NCBI RefSeq assembly: GCF_902652985.1
Contig: NC_047033.1
Coordinates: 27,342,001 to 27,406,000 of the forward strand
Source: Pecten maximus
Taxonomy: Eukaryota
Direction of reading: 5' to 3'
DNA: 64,000 nt
In this document: positions 36,645 to 49,557 of the stretch, in pieces
How positions within the stretch are numbered: position 1 is the stretch's first letter
How the letters are laid out: every line of letters begins with the position of its first letter
Program-made: the position numbers and the translations under genes
Notes under the pieces: generated by a model
Seen by the model: only the letters and a program-made list of their open reading frames with translations
Told to the model about the DNA's origin: nothing
Databases searched by the model: none

Positions 36645-38432
36645 TCCAGATAACACAGGTTCAGATAAAGGTGTGTTTATAACAAGTGTCCACATTACAC
36701 AGGTTCAGATAAGGGTCTGTTTATTACAAGTGTCCAGATTACACAGGTTCAGATAAAGGTCTGTTTATTACAGGTGTCCAGATAACACAGGTTCAGATAA
36801 AAGTCTGTTTATTACAAGTGTCCAGATTACACAGGTTCAGATAAAGGTCTGTTTATTACAGGTGTCCAGATAACACAGGTTCAGATAAGGGTCTGTTTAT
36901 TACAAGTGTCCAGATTACACAGGTTCAGATAAAGGTCTGTTTATTACAGGTGTCCAGATAACACAGGTTCAGATAAGGGTCTGTTTATTACAAGTGTCCA
37001 GATAACACAGGTTCAGATAAAAGTCTGTTTATTACAAGTGTTCAGATTACACAGGTTCAGATAAAGGTCTGTTTATTACAGGTGTCCAGATTACACAGGT
37101 TCAGATAAAGGTCTGTTTATTACAAGTGTCCTGATTACACAGGTTCAAAGAAAGGGCTGTTTTAACATGTGTCCTGATTACACAGGTTCAGATAAAGGTC
37201 TGTTTATTACAAGTGTCCTGATTACACAGGTTCAGATAAGGGTCTGTTTATTACAAGTGTCCAGATTACACAGGTTCAGATAAAGGTCTGTTTATTACAG
37301 GTGTCCAGATAACACAGGTTCAGATAAAGGTCTGTTTATAACAAGTGTCCAGATTACACAGGTTCAGATAAAGGTCTGTTTATTACAGGTGTCCAGATTA
37401 CACAGGTTCAGATAAAGGTCTGTTTATAACAAGTGTCCAGATTACACAGGTTCAGATAAAGGTCTGTTTATTACATGTGTCCTGATTACACAGGTTCAGA
37501 TAAAGGTCTGTTTATAACAAGTGTCCAGATTACACAGGTTCAGATAAAGGTCTGTTTATTACAGGTGTCCAGATTACACAGGTTCAGATAAAGGTCTGTT
37601 TATTACAGGTGTCCAGATAACACAGGTTCAGATAAGGGTCTGTTTATTACAAGTGTCCAGATTACACAGGTTCAGATAAAGGTCTGTTTATTACAGGTGT
37701 CCAGATAACACAGGTTCAGATAAGGGTCTGTTTATTACAAGTGTCCTGATTACACAGGTTCAAAGAAAGGGCTGTTTTAACATGTGTCCTGATTACACAG
37801 GTTCAGATAAAGGTCTGTTTATTACAAGTGTCCTGATTACACAGGTTCAGATAAGGGTCTGTTTATTACAAGTGTCCAGATTACACAGGTTCAGATAAAG
37901 GTCTGTTTATTACAGGTGTCCAGATAACACAGGTTCAGATAAGGGTCTGTTTATTACAAGTGTCCAGATTACACAGGTTCAGATAAGGGTCTGTTTATTA
38001 CAAGTGTCCAGTTAACACAGGTTCAGATAAAGGTATGTTTATTACAAGTGTCCAGATTACACAGGTACAGATAAAGGTCTATTTATTACAAGTGTCCAGA
38101 TAACACAGGTTCAGATAAGGGTCTGTTTATTACAAGTGTCCAGATTACACAGGTTCAGATAAGGGTATGTTTATTACAAGTGTCCAGATTACACAGGTTC
38201 AGATAAGGGTCTGTTTATTACAAGTGTCCTGATTACACAGGTTCAGAGAAAGGGCTGTTTTAACATGTGTCCTGATTACACAGGTTCAGATAAAGGTCTG
38301 TTTATTACAAGTGTCCTGATTACACAGGTTCAGATAAAGGTCTGTTTATTTCAAGTGTCCAGATTACACAGGTTCAGATAAAGGTATGTTTATTTCAAGT
38401 GTCCAGATTACACAGGTTCAGCTAAAGGTGTC
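36645..38432. repeat. 44-bp minisatellite (about 40 copies)
   Basis: Unit gattacacaggttcagataaaggtctgtttattacaagtgtcca. Confidence 0.95.
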
Positions 38433-39187
38433 CAATCAATGAAGGTGAGGTTTTGATAACCTTTGTTACAAGCTGGAGATGACATTATTTTTAGTCTCCA
38501 TCAAGAATAGACTTATAAATTAAACTACTGTGAAGGCATCACAGCATACTTATGATATATACTAATATTTGAAGGGACATATATATATTTGCTATGGCAG
38601 ATTTGATTTCCAAAACTAACACTATCAGAACTTTAGTTCAGTAAACAGGAGGATCACATTCCATGATCACACAGATTCAGTTTGTAGAAGAAAATTGGTC
38701 TACAGTGCTTGAATTTTAATTCTATTTCATGATAATGTTTATGTTGACTTTTGAAAATTTCAGGTTGAAAACAAAAAGGAGTATTCTGCTCCTGGAAACT
38801 AACAATTGCCTGCACCATTTTCAATTTAATTTTCAATTCCAACCTTTATCTTCCCAACTTCGTACATAAGTATAGAGCTACATACCATATTCAACATAGT
38901 CTAAAAAAAGAATGAGAGCCATGATGATATAATGCATTTAATTGGTGGGACTGAAATCTAAATACTGGTTACAAAGGTTTCCCTATTATACAGGTTCTGG
39001 TTTATAGACAGAGGCTACACTATGTAGCTGGAAGGAAAACTTCAACACAAAGTCAGAACTGAAGTTTGTTCTCTGGAAGCTTGAGGGATAAAACAGCTGT
39101 AGTATTATAGTAGACCGTAAACCCTGACATGTATAAGCACTTAACTTTCCCTCCAGTCTGCCAGGAAATGTTCAAAACCACACTAAG

Positions 39188-39766
39188 ACAAGAGGCTTGC
39201 AGGGCCTGAATCATCTCCAGTAGATCTCAAAAACAAACTAAATCAAGAGGTTTATAGGGCCTGGATTATCTCCAGTAGATCTCAAAAACAAACTAAATCA
39301 AGAGGTTTATAGGGCCTGGATTATCTCCAGTAGATCTCAAAAACAAACTAAATCAAGAGGTATATAGGGCCTGGATCATCTCCAGTAGATCTCAAAAACA
39401 AACTAAATCAAGAGGTATATAGGGCCTGGATCATCTCCAGTAGATCTCAAAAACAAACTAAATCAAGAGGTATATAGGGCCTGGATCATCTCCAGTAGAT
39501 CTCAAAAACAAACTAAATCAAGAGGTATATAGGGCCTGGATCATCTCCAGTAGATCTCAAAAACAAACTAAATCAAGAGGTGTATAGGGCCTGGATCATC
39601 TCCAGTAAATCTCAAAAACAAACTAAATCAAGAGGTATACAGGGCCTGGATCATCTCCAGTAGATCTCAAAAACAAACTAAATCAAGAGGTATATAGGGC
39701 CTGGATCATCTCCAGTAGATCTCAAAAACAAACTAAATCAAGAGGTATATAGAGCCTGGATCATCA
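39188..39766. repeat. 55-bp minisatellite (about 10 copies)
   Basis: Unit caagaggtatatagggcctggatcatctccagtagatctcaaaaacaaactaaat. Confidence 0.95.
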
Positions 39767-40703
39767 CAGTGGTAATGCCCAATCTGCCAGAAAAGGGTAA
39801 GAATTACGTTGAAGTAATAACATACACATCCCACAAGTCACATGACATAGACGTCGACATTCAATGATAGTCAAACTGACATCCCATAATAGTCACACAC
39901 AGCCCGAACTAGCCATACAACCCACATCCCATAATAGTAAAACTGACATCCCATAACAGTCACAGTTGAAAAGTGAGCGACCCATCCAAAACTAGTCATA
40001 TAACACATCCCATAATAGTCAAACTGACATCCCATATTAGACACACCCACATCTCAAACTAGTCATAAAACACACTCATCGCATAATAGTCATATAACAC
40101 ACATCCCATAATAGTTATAAACTGACATCCCAAAATTGGCAAACTAACATCCCATAATAGTCAAACTCATTTTAACTGATATTCCATAAAAGTCAAACTG
40201 ATATCCCATAATAGTTAAACTGACATCCAGTAATTTAGTCAAATTGATATCCAGAACATTTACAATATAGCAAAAGAAAATTCTCGTGAATCACAATAAA
40301 GATCAGTCAACACATTTGTAGTTATGAACCCTAAGAGGTCTCATCCAGTCCACAGTCAGCTAGATGTACTATTTCAGCACCAAGCCAATCTTTAATGAAA
40401 TGACAGCACTATAACTATTCCAGTTCCAATCACAACTGTATGTATTCCAGGCATGATTCGATCCTCCTCTCTGATCCCAGCTGTCTCAAAACAAACCCAA
40501 CAACCTCCCCTCCACACACTTAACACAGTTTTCTGTCTTCATTTGATCTATTTAGTGTCATTTTTCTCCATCTGCCATTATTCTTTAATCATACTACAAG
40601 TCCCCATATAACCTTGCCAGTTGTACTAATATGTACGTTGACCATAAAATATGATATATATGTCCTAGAAATGACCTTGATATGTGACATCCTTAGAGAG
40701 TAT

Positions 40704-41202
40704 GTTGACCTATATTCTTGTAGTTCTATAAAGCTGACCTATATCCTTGTAGTTCTATAAAGTTGACCTACATCCTTGTAGTTCTATAAAGCTTACCTAT
40801 ATCCTTGTAGTTCTATAAAGTTGACCTATATCCTTGTAGTTCTATAAAGTTGACCTATATCCTTGTAGTTCTATAAAGCTTACCTATATCCTTGTAGTTC
40901 TATAAAGCTGACATATATCCTTTAGTTCTATAAAGTTGACCTATATCCTTGTAGTTCTATAAAGTTGACCTACATCCTTGTAGTTCTATAAAGTTGACCT
41001 ATATCCTTGTAGTTCTATAAATTTGACCTACATCCTTGTAGTTCTATAAACTTGACCTACATCCTTTCATGTCTATAAATTTGGCCTATATCCTTGTAGT
41101 TCTATAAATTTGACCTACATCCTTGTAGTTCTATAAAATTGACCATACATCGATATCCTTGTAGTTCTATATAGCTGGCCTACATTGTTGTAGTTCTATA
41201 AA
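40704..41202. repeat. 29-bp minisatellite
   Basis: Unit gacctatatccttgtagttctataaagtt. Confidence 0.9.
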
Positions 41203-41709
41203 GGTCTACACTTGACTGAGAGCTCTAGATCTATATAACTGGCCTGCATCCTTTACAACAATGTGAGGTTGGCTACTTTCCTAGTCAGCACCTCAGACTT
41301 GGCCCTCCAATCACTTATACATTCACACACACAATGCTGACAAATTGATATCATGGAACTTTGACAGAGGTAAGTACAGCTGAACTGACTAAATCGCTGA
41401 ATATTCAGATCAAAGCCATTTCTTGGGAACGATACTACCTATGTATTAACTGTGTTGGTGAAACATACACACTTGTGGATATATATAATAGATGCTATCA
41501 ATCATCAAATACAGACAAAACATTCATACCGATTTTAACTTCAAACCTATACTTACTTTCGAAACATTAATTTTTTTTTACTTTTTCCAGATTGATGTAC
41601 AACTCGGCTATAATTTGAAAAGAACCTCATTTTGGCAGACGCAACATTACATCTAGACAGAACAAGGATCTCACATAATGGATTTTATCTTATTTCAATT
41701 TACTGATCA

Positions 41710-41974
41710 AACAAGCATGCTGGGTATTGCTATATAGCAAATACAAGTCCCCTACCCGCCCCTGCTAAAAATAGAAACAGAGACCTTGACCCAAAAACCC
41801 TGCAACTCGAACTTGATCTGTATCTACTCATACTGAAGTTACATACCAACTTTCATCTTGAAGCATGACTGAGAAAAGTGTGGAAAACTGAGTGGACGGA
41901 CGGACAGACAAATGGATGCACAGACGGACAGGGAGGAAACCTATAGTCTCCCAGTTTCACCAGTAGGGGACTAT
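41710..41974 (+). mobile_element. Short Helentron-associated (HINE/DINE-like) non-autonomous element
   Basis: acaag start, subterminal IR agtcccctac/gtaggggact, (ggac/agac)n microsatellite, terminal hairpin. Confidence 0.65.
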
Positions 41975-42097
41975 AGTCATGCAGAGGATGGTAACACAAT
42001 GAGATTGGTCAGAGTTCACATCTCTATTAATAGGTCAATCACATCTCTATTAAAACATCAATCACATTTCTATTAAAAGGTCAATCACATCTCTATT

Positions 42098-43143
42098 ACA
42101 AGAGGCCCAAAGGGCCTTAACGGTCACCTGAGATTTGAAATATTTCGGCCAACTAAATTGACCCTTTTTGGCCCCACCCATCAGTCCTAATGAGGTCAGT
42201 CTATGAAGAGTATTTGATTCTAACATATAGTAGATAAGAAGATTTTTGAAATTTCAGTCAATTTGACCCTTTTTGGCCCCGCCAATCAGCCCCTGGGGGT
42301 CAACCAGGGCCAACATGTACATAACATCAAACTGTAATCCCATGCTGATAATTTGAACCAAGTTAGAATGAATTCCAATACAAATCCAACAAATAATAGT
42401 CAAAAATGTGATTTCCCTATATAAACTATAGTAAAGTTTACCCCCTCCCCAGGGGCAAACGTGAGACCCCAGGGTCATGAAATTCACAATTTTGGTAAAG
42501 CACCTGAAGACCCTTCCATCTATGAAGAGTATTTGATTCTACCATATCTGAGAGTAGGGAAGAAGATTTTTGAAATTTTAGTCAATTTGACCCTTTTTGG
42601 CCCCGTCCACCAGCCCCTGGGGGTCAACTAGGGCCAACATGTACATACCATCAAACTGTCATCCCATGCTGATAATTTGAACCAAGTTAGAATGAATTCC
42701 GATACAAATCCAACAAATAATAGTCAAAAATGTGATTTCCCTATATAAACTATAGTAAAGTTTACCCCCTCCCCAGGGGCAAACGTGAGACCCCAGGGTC
42801 ATGCAATTCACAATTTTGGTAAAGCACCACAAGACCCTTTCATCTATAAAGAGTGTTTGACTCCACCATATCTGAGAGTAGAGAAGAAGATTTTTGAAGT
42901 TTTAGTCAATTTGACCCTTTTTGGCCCCACCCCTCAGGCCCCTGGGGGGTGGGGACCATATAATTCACAATTTTGGTTGACCTTCAGCCATAGAAACTTT
43001 CTGCCAAATTTCACTGAATTTTGTTAAGCGGTTTTGGAGAAGAAGTCGAAAATGTAAAAAGTTTACGGACGCACGACGGACGACGACGGACAAAAGGCGA
43101 TTAGAATAGGTCACTTGAGACTTCGTCTCAGGTGACCTAAAAA
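42098..43143 (+). mobile_element. HINE/DINE-like element carrying internal 324-bp tandem repeats
   Basis: acaagaggcccaaagggcc start, IR ggtcacctgag/ctcaggtgacc, (gacg)n microsatellite, terminal stem-loop before an A-run. Confidence 0.8.
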
Positions 43144-45369
43144 GGTCAATCACATCTATATAAAAAAAAAGTCAAACATTGTATCAAATCTGATTATTTT
43201 CAGGTCAATGTCAATTCTATTATATGATAAACCCTCCTAATACAAACACATCACCATGAAAAGCAACCAGTATTAAAATCTTTAACACACTTCCAGCCAA
43301 AATGAATTATTGTAAACCGGAGCCTTCTCAAAGGCATTTAAAACAAGTATTTCAGCATTTGTTCAATTAGATAATCTCAGCTGGCTACATCATCAAAATT
43401 TAATATTCTGGTACGGGCGGCTTTAACTGTCACACCTCCCTATATTCATACAGACTACATACTGGGTCATGTACTCTCCAGATTCACTGTTAAACCTGGT
43501 AATGTAATCAAGAGGCTGATGGGGCCTGTATTTCCCAGAACACCAATCAACACAAGCTATTTTAAGGCAATCACTGCATGAGAAATGAGAATTCTGGCAG
43601 CTGAGGAGGAAATTGTTTCCCGATCATTATTGGTATGCCAGTTTTCCTTCGTCTCCCAGACACAATTCAAATCATCAAATTTTTCCCAAGAGAACCAAAT
43701 CTCATCTGAGCTAAAATGATAAAATATCGTGATCAATAATTCCATTGATTAAAATATAGCCAGATAAATCATTGAGGGCCAGGAAATCAAAGAAAATGTT
43801 CACTGTAGACATTGCTGATTATTGAAATCTGACCTGCAGAATTAGAACACATGATATAGGGCAAACAAAAGAACAAGAGCTACACATATTTATAATGTCT
43901 CCTGTGTCCCTGCTTAATCAAAGCCCGGTTAATGGTAAACTGTAGGGCATATTCAGACTCTGAAATGTGTGTTAGGATGGCCATGCATATATAAGTATAT
44001 TCTAAATTCGGTTATGACTGCACATTGAACTTATGGAGAATTAAGCTCAAATCCCAGGATCTTTATCTTCTCTAATTAATTAACAACGATCAAATAACAG
44101 TTAATTGAAGGGGATATTCAGACTCTGAAATGTGTGTTAGAATGGTTGTATATATCAGAAACAATTAGTCTATTCCAGATTTGTGCATGAATGACAGCAC
44201 ATACTTAGAAAAATTAAGCTCAAATCCCAGCTAATTGGAAAACTTTAATATTGTGCAATTGACAAAGTCCGATTATAATCTATAACCCTGTCCCCCATCT
44301 GGTACGGAATCAGGGGTTACATGCATAATTAAACCCACCACTCACCTTAACATTGATAATGACAACCACTTTTTACAGAATGTTAATTAATCCATGGAAT
44401 AAACTTGTGGATTTTGCAGAGTTTTACCACAATCCAGGATCTTAATCATGATGACTGTTTGGTTATTATATATTGTTTCTAATGTGAAGAATACATTTCA
44501 CCTTCTTCCATGCAATCACAAATGTTTACTGATCCATGATAATTGGTTAATTATAGCCTTTCATTTTTTTTTTTTTTATGAAATCCTTATCTCCATACGG
44601 AAGTATATTTTTGAACATATATCCTTGTTTTCTATGACAGACACATTAGCTATTGTATTATTCCAGATTTGTACTGTTTTTCTGGAAAGTTTCCCACCAG
44701 AATCTAACAAACTATGGGAGGCCCACGTGATAATCAGGACTTTTGACCCAGTGCATCTGAAGGCATTTGAGAGTTATATAAACAAAGACACACATGTTTC
44801 TGTGTGTAGATATTGGCCTTAGTGAGAGATCAGAACACATATGGAGGGGATGAGGAGACTGGGGGAGGGGGACGTAGAGGACTGGGGGAGGGGGACGAAG
44901 GGGACTGGGGGAAGGAGAAAGGCATGGGAGATTGGTACATTAAGGGTATGTCCCTTTGACATCCTGTGCCCTTTCAATGCATCTTTGCTCTTTTCTTTGT
45001 TATCCCTGTGAAAGACAAAAGAAGGGGGGGGGGGGGGGGGGGGGGGGGGGGTGGGTGGGTAAGGGAAATGATACTCAGTAGAAGGGGAAGTCAAAGAAAA
45101 GAAGAAAGAAAGAAGGAGAAACTGGTTTACATAGAAGGATGTTATTACAGTCACAAAGCAATGAAATGGGTAGGAAAGTTCAAAGAACAGAAGATGGAAA
45201 AATGGAAAGGAGTCTGATATTTGTAAATTAGGAAGTCAGGTAAATGAGGAAGGGGGGAGCTGCAGGGCCCCATGGGGACATTTTTGTATACATCAGACTA
45301 TGCATATACACAAAATAGTTGTAATCAATTTATGATGGTCACATAATTACGGTAGAAATCATGCTGGGT

Positions 45370-46730
45370 TTGAGGATACTTACACAGACGTCCAAAGCTG
45401 ACCGATATTGAGGATACTTACAGAGACGTCCAAAGCTGGTCTATATTGAGGATACTTACACAGACGTCCAAAGCTGGTCGATATTGAGGATACTTACAGA
45501 GACGTCCAAAGCTGGCCGATATTGAGGATACTTACACAGACGTCCAAAGCTGGCCGATATTGAGGATACTTACACAGACGTCCAAAGCTGGCCGATATTG
45601 AGGATACTTACACAGACGTCCAAAGCTGACCGATATTGAGGATACTTACAGAGACGTCCAAAGCTGGCCGATATTGAGGATACTTACAGACGTCCAAAGC
45701 TGACCGATATTGAGGATACTTACAGAGACGTCCAAAGCTGGCCGATATTGAGGAAACTTACAGACGTCCAAAGCTGGCCGATATTGAGGATACTTACAGA
45801 GACGTCCAAAGCTGGCCGATATTGAGGATACTTACAGACATGTCCAAAGCTGGCCGATATTGAGGATACTTACAGAGACGTCCAAAGCTGGCCGATATTG
45901 AGGATACTTACAGAGACGTCCAAAGCTGGTCGATATTGAGGATACTTACAGAGACGTCCAAAGCTGGCCGATATTGAGGATACTTACAGACACGTCCAAA
46001 GCTGGCCGATATTGAGGATACTTACAGAGACGTCCAAAGCTGGCCGATATTGAGGATACTTACAGACGTCCAAAGCTGGCTGATATTGAGGATACTTCCA
46101 GAGCGTCCAAAGCTGCCGATATTGAGGATACTTACAGAGACGTCCAAAGCTGGCCGATATTGAGGATACTTACAGACATGTCCAAAGCTGGCCGATATTG
46201 AGGATACTTACAGAGACGTCCAAAGCTGGCCGATATTGAGGATACTTACAGAGACGTCCAAAGCTGGTCGATATTGAGGATACTTACAGAGACGTCCAAA
46301 GCTGGCCGATATTGAGGATACTTACAGACACGTCCAAAGCTGGCCGATATTGAGGATACTTACAGAGACGTCCAAAGCTGGCCGATATTGAGGATACTTA
46401 CACAGACGTCCAAAGCTGGCTGATATTGAGGATACTTACAGAGACGTCCAAAGCTGACAGATACTGAGGATACTTACAGAGACGTCCAAAGCTGGCCGTA
46501 TTGAGGATACTTACACAGACGTCCAAAGCTGGCCGATATTGAGGATACTTACAGAGACGTCCAAAGCTGACCGATACTGAGGATACTTACAGAGACGTCC
46601 AAAGCTGGCCGATATTGAGGATACTTACACAGACGTCCAAAGCTGGCCGATATTGAGGATACTTACAGAGACGTCCAAAGCTGGTCGATATTGAGGATAC
46701 TTACAGAGACGTCCAAAGCTGGCCGATATT
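45370..46730 (-). repeat. 38-bp array (about 36 copies) containing the exon 2 donor
   Basis: Minus-strand unit ATATCGGCCAGCTTTGGACGTCTCT|gtaagtatcctca. Confidence 0.96.
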
Positions 46731-46773
46731 CGCTTCTTCAGCTTTTTCATGCGACTTTGTCGTTTGTCCTTTC
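46705..46773 (-). CDS. CDK14: CDK14 exon 2 (GKDKRQSRMKKLKKRISASFGRL)
   Basis: Acceptor attacag|, donor TCT|gtaagt; resembles the KLKKRLSHSFGRL N-terminal motif of Eip63E/PFTAIRE kinases. Confidence 0.85.
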
Positions 46774-47659
46774 CTGTAATGAATAAATTTAAATATAAAC
46801 ATAATAAAAGATTACAAACAATAAATTCAAATTTAAACAAATGAAGTGATTGTTTTAGACCTGTACATTGTCTGACTCCGACACCAATGACACCATTGTA
46901 TTGATCTGCCTGTTATAGTATTCATATTTAATTGTCAGGAATTCACTTTGAATTAACAATGTGCCTTGAATATGTGCAGTGTTTTGTTTGCTCTTTCATC
47001 GAAAAAATATTATTTGCGTAGTGTAAATTTCATGGAAAAGATGTCCATGGCAGTTACCGAATTTATACACATGGTCGACAAATATAGCTGATTATATGTG
47101 TTGTATCAAATGGAATATATAAACTACAAAATTTCTATCCCCCCCCCCCCCCCCCCCCACCCCCCCATACCCTCAAACACCTCAAAAAATTTACCCAGTA
47201 ATTGGGAAATTATGATTATTGCAATTTTATTGTTTTTGAACATATTTGAAAATTTTACAAAATATTTCACAACACAATTAAGAGACGAAGACATGAGACT
47301 AAAACAATTCAAATACCACGTGGGAAAGTGTTTTATTTTATTTGCTTCATGATGTAACAATGGTCTGGAGTTTCAAAGCCGAGATTGGTTTAGCGGTACT
47401 GTTACTTGTGTCATTAAATAGGTTATATGGCCAGTGAATTTCTTAGGTGACAGACTAGTGGACAGATAGGCTATGGCCATGTAAGATACTGGCTATTTTT
47501 AGCTTGATTAACAATTTAATTGTTCTCTGTAGATCACCATCTGACTCTAAGAATTGTACTTGGCGTCCACAGATATCAGGCCAGGTCAAAATATTTCCTT
47601 GTTTCTTGTGCTGAGTCAATTATTCTTTTTTCATCAATAAAATTCTAATCTTAACACGC

Positions 47660-49557
47660 AACAAGAGATCCCAGAGGGATCTTGGCGCCCACCATTGAAT
47701 GATCTTCATAGGTTCCATGTCAGATTGATCTTTTCTCTACTTTTCCCTTCATTTTACTAATCTGTGCAAATTTAGACATCCCTCCAGTACTTTTCAAACA
47801 AGGGAATACTAGCTATATAAGAAATTTGAGATTTAACGATAATGGCTGTTTGTTTGCCAGGTTGTTTTCAGGACAGACTGGTCCAAAAATGCAATACAGG
47901 GGACCAAGGGGAACCTACTTATGAAATTTGAGAAAGATCCATTCAGTACTTTGAGAAATAGAGAAAACAAACTTCAATTGTCAAAATCCAAGATGGCGGT
48001 CTGTCGGCCATATTGTTTTCCAATTGATCTCAAAATGCAATAAGCATAACGAGGCACCAAGGGGAACCTCCATATGAAATTTGAGAAAGATTCCAAGATG
48101 GCTGCCTGTCGGCCATGTTGTTTTCAGATTGGTCTCAAAACGCAAAATGCATAACTAGGCACCAAGGGAAACCTACATATGAAATTTCAGAAAGATCCAT
48201 TCAGTACATTCTCAGAAATAGTGATAACAAACTTCAATTGTCAAAATCCAAGATGGCTGCCTGTCGGCCATGTTGTTTTCCGATTGGTCTCAAATCGCAA
48301 TATGCATAACTAGGCACCAAGGGGAACCTACATATGAAATTTGAGAAAGATCCCTTCAGTACTTTCTCAGAAATAGCGATAACAAACTTCAATTGTCAAA
48401 ATCCAAGATGGCTGCCTGTCGGCCATGTTGTTTTCGGATTGGTCTCAAAACGATAACTAGGCACCAAGGGGAACCTTCATATGAAATTTGAGAAAGATCC
48501 CTTCAGTACCTTCTCAGATATAGCAATAACAAACTTCAATTGTCAAAATCCAAGATGGCTGCCTGTCGGCCATGTTGTTTTCGATTGGTCTCAAAACGCA
48601 ATATGCATAACTAGGCACCAAGGGAAACCTACATCTGAAATTTCAGAAAGATAAATTCAGTACTTTCTCAGAAATAGTGATAACAAACTTCAATTGTCAA
48701 AATCCAAGATGGCTGCCTGTCGGCCATGTTGTTTTCAGATTGGTCTCAAAACGCAAAATGCAAAACTAGGCACCAAGGGAAACCTCCATATGAAATTTCA
48801 GAAAGATCCATTCAGTACTTTCTCAGAAATAGTGATAACAAACTTCAATTGTCAAAATCCAAGATGGCTGCCTGTCGGCCATGTTGTTTTCCGATTGGTC
48901 TCAAATCGCAATATGCATAACTAGGCACCAAGGGGAACCTTCATATGAAATTTGAGAAAGATCCCTTCAGTACTTTCTCAGAAATAGTGATAACAAACTT
49001 CAATTGTCAAAATCCAAGATGGCTGCCTGTCGGCCATGTTGTTTTCAGATTGGTCTCAAAACGCAAAATGCAAAACTAGGCACCAAGGGAAACCTCCATA
49101 TGAAATCTCAGAAAGATCCATTCAGTACTTTCTCAGAAATAGTGATAACAAACTTCAATTGTCAAAATCCAAGATGGCTGCCTGTCGGCCATGTTGTTTT
49201 CCGATTGGTCTCAAATCGCAATATGCATAACTAGGCACCAAGGGGAACCTACATCTGAAATTTGAGAAAGATCCCTTCAGTTCTTTTTCAGAAGTAGCGA
49301 TAACAAACTTCAATTGTCAAAATCCAAGATGGCTGCCTGTCGGCCATGTTGTTTTCATATTGGTCTCAAAACGCAATATGCATAACTAGGCACCAAGGGG
49401 AACCTACATATGAAATTTAAGAAAGATCCCTTCAGTACTTTCTCAGAAATAGCGATAACAAGAATTGTTTACGGACGGACGGACGGAGGGACGGACCACG
49501 GACCACGGACGCAGGGCAATTTGAATAGCCCACCATCTGATGATGGTGGGCTAAAAA
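47660..49557 (+). mobile_element. HINE/DINE-like element carrying a 155-bp satellite array (about 10 copies)
   Basis: acaagagatcccagagggatct start, IR gcccaccat/atggtgggc, (ggac)n microsatellite, terminal hairpin agcccaccatc..gatggtgggct. Confidence 0.82.

Noticed and set aside
45370-46730. CRISPR-like regular repeats of 25-44 bp, here and elsewhere
   Set aside because: Head-to-tail units with no unique spacers, no cas genes, and a eukaryotic intron context.
213-46730. Junction arrays as assembly or polishing artefacts
   Set aside because: Copies carry patterned variants, higher-order structure and graded decay, which argues for real sequence. This cannot be fully excluded without reads.
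48115-49234. Repeated 64-76-aa ORFs
   Set aside because: Translations of the 155-bp satellite monomers; no transposase or helicase motifs.
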